The notes under the pieces: generated by a model
Seen by the model: the letters and a program-made list of their open reading frames with translations, nothing else
Database searches by the model: none
What the model was told of the DNA's origin: nothing
Assembly: GCA_029856365.1 (NCBI GenBank)
Contig: JAHQWW010000074.1
Location: 1-18,839 of the forward strand
DNA from: Candidatus Hodarchaeota archaeon
Lineage (GTDB): Archaea; Asgardarchaeota; Heimdallarchaeia; Hodarchaeales; Hodarchaeaceae
DNA length: 18,839 bases
Direction: 5' to 3'
Translations under genes and position numbers: made by a program
In this document: piece after piece, positions 1-6,680 of the stretch
Numbering within the stretch: position 1 is the first letter of the stretch
Layout of the letters: each line of letters starts with the position of its first letter

Positions 1-651
1 AATGATAATCGACTTACTGGAATTGCACTATATAACTCTGATAATAGCACTATATCTTACAATCATGTATCGAATGGTGTAAGCGGAATTAGTCTTTCTA
101 ATTCTTTAAGGAACACACTATTGGAGAATATGATTTCAGGAAACTCTGAAGTTGGAATAACTCTTGTTGAATGTGAAGATTGCACTATCTCCAAAAATTT
201 TGTCTTCAATAATCAATTTATTGGAATTAGCCTTTATAACTCTAGAGGTCATACCCTTTCAGCTAATACTATATCCAATAATGACGGATATGGTATTTTC
301 CTTAGCTCTAATACCAATAATATCAAAATTATTAGGAATGATTTCATTAGAAACAATCCATTTGGAAGTTCTCAAGCATGTGATGATGGAAATGGACAAA
401 ATAATACATTCTCCCATAATTTTTGGGAAGATTGGACAAACCCAGATGCAGATTCAAATGGAATTGTCGATGAACCATATTTCATTGATGGGCAAGCAGG
501 TAATAGTGATTTACATCCTCAAACTTTGTTTATTCCCCTCAGGCGTGGTACCACATTCAGATTTAGTTCAAATATTATCTTTGGAACCATTATGTTGTTA
601 CTAATCTTAAGTGCGCTCTTCGTGTCAATACGAAAACAAAAAACTAAATGA
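1..651 (+). CDS. 5'-partial NosD/right-handed parallel beta-helix (CASH-repeat) surface protein with C-terminal membrane anchor
   Basis: Frame 1 is open from base 1 (NDNRLTGIALYNSDNSTISYN...), so the TTG at 121 is not the true start. Repeated GIxLxxSxxNTIxxN beta-helix units, a NosD-type tail (NFWEDWTNPDADSNGIVDEPY with a DxDxNG loop), then a hydrophobic helix IIFGTIMLLLILSALFVSI and basic tail RKQKTK. Confidence 0.85.
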   Translation, partial: NDNRLTGIALYNSDNSTISYNHVSNGVSGISLSNSLRNTLLENMISGNSEVGITLVECEDCTISKNFVFNNQFIGISLYNSRGHTLSANTISNNDGYGIFLSSNTNNIKIIRNDFIRNNPFGSSQACDDGNGQNNTFSHNFWEDWTNPDADSNGIVDEPYFIDGQAGNSDLHPQTLFIPLRRGTTFRFSSNIIFGTIMLLLILSALFVSIRKQKTK

Positions 652-921
652 ATGGTTTTCTACTATAAAGATGTTATTTGGAATCATCCTCTTACAATCA
701 GTTATGATAAAAGAATTTAACACTGGCCAATATCCGTATGTTGTTCTAACGCGACAAACACCTCATTTTTTCAGAAATCTATATAGGTTGCCTTAAAGAA
801 CCTTATTCTACCTCACAATTGAAATTAAAAATTATTTTTCCTTAGTTTTAAAAACGTAAAATTAAAAGCATTCATATTAATCTCACTAATCTACTTCTGT
901 ATCCAAAGGCTGTGAAATTTC

Positions 922-2319
922 GTGATAGTTGTTTTTAATGAGAATCAAACACAATCATTTCTCCCGTTAGTTGATGCTCATACCCACATAGGTCGAGTAA
1001 AAATTGAAACTACGAAGGGTACTTCTCAACGAGTTAATAGGCCCCTAGATATTATTAACCTTTATGAAAAATTGCAGTACGAGATTCACAAACGCATTTT
1101 ACAAAATCAATCAGATTATTATGTAACATTACCTCCAGTAGGAGAACTTTCGCGAGCACTTTATCCGATGACAAGGAAATTATTGGATTTTAAAAGCTCA
1201 AAACCTAGAGGGTGGATTGTAGATCACATCGTTTGTTTTCCGTTTAATGACATTTTCCATAAAAAAACCAATCCAAAATTTGTGAAAAGTAATGAATATG
1301 TTCGTCATCAAACTCAATCCTTTGATTTTTCTTTTCGTTTTATACCGTTTTGCCGCGTCGATGCAACTGATGAAGGTGCAGCGGAAGAAGTCAGGAAATC
1401 TGTTGCTTTCGGAATGAGAGGACTGAAACTCCATCCCATGTCACAAGGTTGGATTGAGAGGATTATGTCAACCAACTGTAAAGATATCTTACAAACAGCT
1501 GGAGAACTTTCAATTCCAATCATTTTTGATGTTCCTAATAAAGGAGTAGCTGTTGACATAACCACAATTGCAGAAGAGGCACGACAAGAAGTTGATTTTC
1601 CAATCAATGTCGTCTTAGGTCATTCTGCTTTTGACTATAACTCAGAAGAAATCTTTGAATGTTTAACAAAAGACGGAATGTTTGCTGAAACGTCAGGAAT
1701 GAGAGGAAAAGATGTTGAGATTTATTTCAACAATCTTGTAAAGGTAGATGGATGGGAGGAGAAAATATTGTTTGGGACAGATTCAAATTACTTTGGTGTC
1801 TTACAAGCAGCTGATTTCATTACTTTTCTTTTATCAAAGAAGTTTAAAGAGCTCATTGAAAATAATGGCTCTGATATTGAACCATTAGCAGCAGCAGGAA
1901 GAATACTCGGTGGTAATGCTCTTAGAATTATTCCCCCTTCTTGGTTTGATAATAAACTAATTACCCCAAATAGACATCGTTCAAGATCTAAAGGATATTC
2001 AGCCGATTTACCGATTTTACAATCAAATTTGAAAAAAATTCTAACAAAACGGAATAACACTGGAACAATTGATCTTGCTAAACCACGGAACAAGGACTTT
2101 TCAATTCAAGTTTTAACTATTGGGCATGTAGACCAAAAATTTTCTTATATTCTTGAAACTAAGGACAATTATCAAAAAATTACACTCAGTCCGATATCTA
2201 ATCTTGATAGAATTAATGATTTACCCATAAAATCGCTAAGTCCTGTTGAATTGATCTCTAAATCGCGGAGAAGAAGATCACGTTTAAAAGAACAGACATT
2301 TCTTGAATTGTTGGGGTGA
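922..2319 (+). CDS. Amidohydrolase superfamily metal-dependent hydrolase (Amidohydro_2-like TIM barrel) with about 125-aa C-terminal extension
   Basis: Motifs VDAHTH (HxH), RFIPFCRVD, GMRGLKLHP, IPIIFD, VVLGH, ETS, KILFGTD and ILGGNALRI occur in the canonical order. Confidence 0.88.
   Translation: MIVVFNENQTQSFLPLVDAHTHIGRVKIETTKGTSQRVNRPLDIINLYEKLQYEIHKRILQNQSDYYVTLPPVGELSRALYPMTRKLLDFKSSKPRGWIVDHIVCFPFNDIFHKKTNPKFVKSNEYVRHQTQSFDFSFRFIPFCRVDATDEGAAEEVRKSVAFGMRGLKLHPMSQGWIERIMSTNCKDILQTAGELSIPIIFDVPNKGVAVDITTIAEEARQEVDFPINVVLGHSAFDYNSEEIFECLTKDGMFAETSGMRGKDVEIYFNNLVKVDGWEEKILFGTDSNYFGVLQAADFITFLLSKKFKELIENNGSDIEPLAAAGRILGGNALRIIPPSWFDNKLITPNRHRSRSKGYSADLPILQSNLKKILTKRNNTGTIDLAKPRNKDFSIQVLTIGHVDQKFSYILETKDNYQKITLSPISNLDRINDLPIKSLSPVELISKSRRRRSRLKEQTFLELLG
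2313..2319 (+). promoter_or_regulatory. Shine-Dalgarno-like GGGGTGA containing the amidohydrolase stop codon (translational coupling to the ligase)
   Basis: GGGGTGA lies 5 nt upstream of the in-frame GTG at 2325. GGTGA is the typical archaeal anti-16S match. Confidence 0.5.
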
Positions 2320-5297
2320 ATCACGTGAGTACTAAAGACTACTCGTTTAAAACAGAATTGTATTTCACTCATGGTATTGAAATTGAGAACCATCTTGTTT
2401 CCCGAAAGACTGGCGAAGTTATTGTGGGAGATATGCTATTATCCGCTTGGAATAAGATGTTTGAGGGTGCATCAGTATATTTATTAAAATTAAAAAAGGA
2501 TAAGAAAACCCCAAAGGAAATATCCAAAAGAATTGAAAAAGTAGAAGTCAAAGAGGAAATTAAGAGGGAACGAAAACTCAAATTCATTTTCGTGAACTAT
2601 AAACTAGGAAAAAAAATCGTTCGAGTTAATGTGTTTGGCCCAGATCCTAATATTGGGCAAATTACTTGGTTACTCGAGCTGGTAACTCCTCCTTGTGAGT
2701 ATTTAGAAGAGTTAGATTGGTGGATTGATACATTATTTGCCGCTGGGATTCAAGGACTACCCCCTGATGTTGCTCTACTTCCAATTGGATTAAATCCAAC
2801 AGAAAAAAGAGTAAGAAGTGGATTGACATGTGGAGAACATCATCATATTGGGATGAGTAAGCAAATACGTATTCCAATCTATAATATGTTGAGAAATTTT
2901 GTTCCCCATTTAATCGCTCTTAGTACAACATCACCATTTTTAGATAAAAAACCAAGTAGTAAGGTTCTAATTCGAAAAAGCAATGGGAAAGAACAAATTA
3001 TTGGGAGATGTGTCCATTCGTACCGGTTACTGAAAAATAGTGGTCAAATGGGGCCAAATATACCTTCATATTTACCAGTATTGGATAACAAGTCTACTAG
3101 AATGGATTTCGCCAAATCAGTTAGAAAAACTCCTCCAGATGACCGAATGGTTGACTTATATCCTTTTACTGATTACTCTACAATAGAGATCCGTTTCTTT
3201 GACGCTCAACCTTGGCCTGAGATCCGCTTGGCCATTGTACTTTTGATTCAAGCTCTTGCACAAAAAACTAAGAATTTAATTGAAAATAATGAAAAAGTCC
3301 CAAAAGTTGCATCAGAATGCCTTTACGAAAACCGAAGGAAATCTGTACAGTTTGGTTTACTCGCTCAATTTACCACTGATAATTGTTTGGACGATGACTT
3401 CTCCAAATTCTATAATTATGATATTACAACAGGTAAAAAAGCTTCAAAGCTAATGCATTCCATAAAATCTTTGTTAGTCTATGTTCAGCATGAGCTTAAG
3501 GGACTTGGATCGGAGTTGGAAAATTACTTACTAATTCCTATCCTTGGTTCTAATGATTATAATCCACCTCTTACTGTAACAGAATATCTGCTTTCTTTAT
3601 ACAAAGCATCTGGTGAAAGTATTTCATTCCTACCAAATTTGTATTACAACCAAGAAAATAGTTACCCATTAGTTGTTGATGGTGATTATTCTTCTCTTCA
3701 ACAAGTTGGAATAAAGGATGTTTTTGAAGTAAAAGACACAGAATCGTCCCTCCATCAATCATTACGTAAAGATCTAGCCAAACGGAAAATTTCAGTACCA
3801 AAAGTAACTAAAGAACCAGTAAAACCAAAGAAGAAGCCCCCCAAGAAACTACCTGAAAAAAAAGTCCCTCGGAAAAAACCAAAGAGAAAGAAAGTTGAGA
3901 AACCTATTGTAACACCCTCAATTAAGGTTGAGAAACCACCAACTTTAGCTAAAACAGAATTAAAGGCTAGAACATCCGTTTCTAAACCAATCCCAACTCC
4001 TGTTGAAGAACCAATTGAAACAGCAGAAGAAGAAATTAAAATCTCTGCTTTTGAAAATAGCGAGGATCTTGAAGTATTCTCACCAACCATAGAGGTTGAA
4101 GCTAAATACCAGAAAATTGAATCAAAGATTGCAAATGTCATGAGAACTCGACGTAAAGAAATTGAAGTAAAAAGGCGAGAGTTTTTCATTGAACATCTCA
4201 AGAAAGAACGTGTGGTATTTAAGCCCTCTCCAAAGAAGGTTTCTGCAATCTTCCCATCTTTAGTTTCTGGATCTGAAGTATTCGGATATATTGAGCTCAG
4301 TTTTCGTGATGTTAAACGAGCAATGTATAAATTTCGAAATAATCCTATATCCTTAATATTTAATGCCAAAGAAAAAGGAAAACCAGTAGAGTCTAAGATA
4401 AACACCTCAATAGACATATCAAGTCTTGAAGAAAGAGGAATGACTAGAATTCCATGTTCAATAAACCTTGGTGAATTGTATGGGGAAATAACTGTGAATG
4501 TGGAGGCTGTTACTGCAACAAATGAAAGTCTATTACCAAAAAAATTTTCATTTGTTTTAACTCGAAAAGATGAATTAGCAATTAATCCAAAGGAATTCTA
4601 TGTTACAGGGAATTATGGTCTTGTAGAGTGTATTTTTCAAGCAGTTAATGAATCAAAGGATTCAGAAAAAGGAGAACTCGAAGTATTCCTCGTGACTCAG
4701 GCTTTAACAGATCCAGTCTCAATATATTACACAAAATTTAACTTAAAACCAAAAGAAAATCTAGAACTAGCTCGGAGTATCGACTTATTAATTAATTATC
4801 AACATACTCCTTTTTACATTGTATCTCAAATCACAATCGGACGATTTAAGAAGAATAGGTCATTTAAAACAATTGGGCCAATAAAACCACTGAAAGAAAT
4901 ATGTGTCGATTGGAATTTCTCAGTAGACCCAACAAAAAGAACTAATCTCTGGGAAGGAGTAGAACCAAAAAAGCAGTATGAAGTGAACTTTGTATTTTAT
5001 TTTATTAAATCAATGCCGTATGCAACTATAACAATTCATGTGAATACTCTCCCTGGGGGCCAAACAAAACGATTAGCAAATTTTCGGATTAAAAGAGACA
5101 TAGATGCTGGGGATGAATTCGTCATCCCAAATATTAAGTTTAAAACACCGAAGGATTGTGGCTATCTCTATTTTGATGTTGAAATACGAAACGAAATGGG
5201 ATTAATTCCATTAGATCTCATTTCTGATCCAATTGGAGTTCAAAGTAAAGGTGAACAGGCAGCTACATATGAGGAGAGACTTGATTTGACTTTATAA
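2316..5297 (+). CDS. Carboxylate-amine ligase (glutamate--cysteine ligase GCS2/YbdK/amidoligase fold) fused to a Lys/Pro-rich linker and a beta-rich C-terminal region
   Basis: N-terminal motifs THGIEIE, LELVTPPC, GLNP, TCGEHHHIG, LIALSTTSPF, SYR and TIEIRFFD match the GCS2/YbdK catalytic set (ExE, E, HxH, R, ExR). The GTG at 2316 overlaps the upstream TGA. An in-frame GTG at 2325, preceded by GGGGTGA, is an equally likely start. Confidence 0.82.
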   Translation: MNHVSTKDYSFKTELYFTHGIEIENHLVSRKTGEVIVGDMLLSAWNKMFEGASVYLLKLKKDKKTPKEISKRIEKVEVKEEIKRERKLKFIFVNYKLGKKIVRVNVFGPDPNIGQITWLLELVTPPCEYLEELDWWIDTLFAAGIQGLPPDVALLPIGLNPTEKRVRSGLTCGEHHHIGMSKQIRIPIYNMLRNFVPHLIALSTTSPFLDKKPSSKVLIRKSNGKEQIIGRCVHSYRLLKNSGQMGPNIPSYLPVLDNKSTRMDFAKSVRKTPPDDRMVDLYPFTDYSTIEIRFFDAQPWPEIRLAIVLLIQALAQKTKNLIENNEKVPKVASECLYENRRKSVQFGLLAQFTTDNCLDDDFSKFYNYDITTGKKASKLMHSIKSLLVYVQHELKGLGSELENYLLIPILGSNDYNPPLTVTEYLLSLYKASGESISFLPNLYYNQENSYPLVVDGDYSSLQQVGIKDVFEVKDTESSLHQSLRKDLAKRKISVPKVTKEPVKPKKKPPKKLPEKKVPRKKPKRKKVEKPIVTPSIKVEKPPTLAKTELKARTSVSKPIPTPVEEPIETAEEEIKISAFENSEDLEVFSPTIEVEAKYQKIESKIANVMRTRRKEIEVKRREFFIEHLKKERVVFKPSPKKVSAIFPSLVSGSEVFGYIELSFRDVKRAMYKFRNNPISLIFNAKEKGKPVESKINTSIDISSLEERGMTRIPCSINLGELYGEITVNVEAVTATNESLLPKKFSFVLTRKDELAINPKEFYVTGNYGLVECIFQAVNESKDSEKGELEVFLVTQALTDPVSIYYTKFNLKPKENLELARSIDLLINYQHTPFYIVSQITIGRFKKNRSFKTIGPIKPLKEICVDWNFSVDPTKRTNLWEGVEPKKQYEVNFVFYFIKSMPYATITIHVNTLPGGQTKRLANFRIKRDIDAGDEFVIPNIKFKTPKDCGYLYFDVEIRNEMGLIPLDLISDPIGVQSKGEQAATYEERLDLTL

Positions 5298-5316
5298 TTA
5301 AAGAGTCAGATTTTTT
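5284..5316 (+). terminator. Possible terminator: weak hairpin plus T-tract after the ligase gene
   Basis: ATTTGACT (5284-5291) pairs with AGTCAGAT (5304-5311) with one G-U pair, and a T6 tract lies at 5311-5316. Confidence 0.35.
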
Positions 5317-5399
5317 CGAAATAAAATTAGCTTAAAAAAGATTAAGAATACTGATGTAGAATTATGTTAGTTAATTATTAAATTTAAAGAGGCTTAATC

Positions 5400-6680
5400 A
5401 TGGTTAAACTTAATGTTGTAAATGTTGGGAAAATCGAAGGTCGTGCATATTTACATCCGTCTGACATTAGTAACATTGGTGTTGAAGAATTTGATTTCGT
5501 CAAAATTTCAACAGAATGGGAAGACTGGGGAGCTGTTCAAATCCTATCATCTGATGAAGTTGCCAAGGGAACAATTGCTGTTGATGATAGTGTGTTAAAT
5601 TCAGCTAATATTTCTGATGGAGATACATGTGAAGTAGAACCTACAATAATCGCTGCAGGTATTAAATCAATTAAACTAGGCATTGAACCACTAGCTGGCC
5701 AAGAGGTAGAGGAAGCAATCTTGTGGATTGCTACTGAATTTGAAGAATTATCAACTGTACTTCGAAATAGGCCAGTATTTAACGGATTACAGATCGCTTG
5801 GGAAGACTGCCCGATAGGCAGCATAACAGTTCGATTCATGGGTTCGGAACCAGCCATTCAAGAGGGTGAGATTGGTATTGTTGATCCTACTGGTCGTGAA
5901 GTTGAAATCAACATCATTCCGTTCACTGAAATGAGCTTCAATGCGGTACTTGTTTTAGATGTTTCTGGGAGTATGCAGAAGAAAGATATGAAGGTTAAAA
6001 ATATTAGTGGCGCGTTAGAAGGGCTTAAAAAGGGTTTAGAGGAAACTGGTGAGTTAAATGCCTTTATTGAGAAGTTTGAGGAAGGCAAGAAAGTATCCCG
6101 TGTAGACGCTGCTGCGATGGCAATAATGCTCTTCATGTCTCTTAAAATAGCTAAAGGATGGGGAGAGCAGGTGCAGCTTATTACTTTCTCTGGTGATGTA
6201 GAAAAGTTTGCTTTAGGTGATTCTCAAGTCATTTCTTGCGTTGGTGAAACCAAGAAAGCTGGAATTGAAAGCATCATTGGTCATGTTGTTCAAAAAACTG
6301 CAGAAAGCTCTGGTCTTACTTTCCTCAGTGGAGCTCTTAATGATGCGTATAAAAGTATTGAAAACTTTGAAGTAAATCCAACGATAAACAAACGAAATCC
6401 AACAATGATCGTGGTTTTAACCGATGGCAATCCCAATAAAGGTGATGGATTAGGAGTCAATCCAATACCAGTTGTTAGAAATCATGTAGAAGCAACTCCT
6501 GAAGTCGTTCTTTATGCAATAGGACTTGGAGAAGCTGACAGATTGATGCTTCGTCGGGTAGGGGAAATTGGTAGGGGTGGATCATTGATGGCGGATGATC
6601 TTGAAACACTCATCGATTTCTATGATTCATTGGCCCAGAATTTCCAGATGGTAGTAAAAATGAAGAAACAAGAAGAGTGA
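5400..6680 (+). CDS. Cdc48/VAT/NSF N-domain-like module fused to a MIDAS-containing vWA domain (no AAA+ ATPase domain)
   Basis: Residues ~1-175 show two double-psi-barrel repeats (RAYLHPSDISNIGVEEFDFVKI; GTIAVDDSVLNSANISDGDTCEV) followed by a Cdc48 Nc-type subdomain (LRNRPVFNG...ITVRFMGSEP). The vWA part has VLVLDVSGS (DxSxS), LITFS, GLTFLSGAL, VVLTDG and LYAIGLG. No Walker A motif is present. Confidence 0.8.
   Translation: MVKLNVVNVGKIEGRAYLHPSDISNIGVEEFDFVKISTEWEDWGAVQILSSDEVAKGTIAVDDSVLNSANISDGDTCEVEPTIIAAGIKSIKLGIEPLAGQEVEEAILWIATEFEELSTVLRNRPVFNGLQIAWEDCPIGSITVRFMGSEPAIQEGEIGIVDPTGREVEINIIPFTEMSFNAVLVLDVSGSMQKKDMKVKNISGALEGLKKGLEETGELNAFIEKFEEGKKVSRVDAAAMAIMLFMSLKIAKGWGEQVQLITFSGDVEKFALGDSQVISCVGETKKAGIESIIGHVVQKTAESSGLTFLSGALNDAYKSIENFEVNPTINKRNPTMIVVLTDGNPNKGDGLGVNPIPVVRNHVEATPEVVLYAIGLGEADRLMLRRVGEIGRGGSLMADDLETLIDFYDSLAQNFQMVVKMKKQEE

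Noticed and set aside
164-604. 146-aa hydrophobic ORF in an alternative plus frame
   Set aside because: It lies inside the NosD gene; its I/L/M richness is the expected shifted reading of Asn-rich AAT codons.
611-796. 61-aa ORF overlapping the NosD 3' end
   Set aside because: No motif or RBS, and it overlaps a well-supported gene.
652-921. 270-bp intergenic region as a possible ncRNA or tRNA
   Set aside because: AT-rich, with no cloverleaf, stable stem or repeat recognisable by eye.
1198-2877. Several 70-100 aa minus-strand ORFs within the amidohydrolase and ligase genes
   Set aside because: They are antisense to motif-supported genes and have no recognisable features.
2316-3700. Assigning gshA, ybdK or pafA to the ligase
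   Set aside because: The fold is supported, but size, the short acceptor loop and HHHIG (not the PafA GCHENY motif) do not justify a specific orthology call.
3755-4417. 220-aa minus-strand ORF rich in F/G/S
   Set aside because: Antisense shadow of the Lys/Pro/Glu-rich ligase linker, whose codons rarely give reverse-strand stops.
5400-6680. Interpretation as a Cdc48/VAT ATPase or its pseudogene
   Set aside because: No Walker A/B motifs, and the frame runs uninterrupted into an intact vWA domain.
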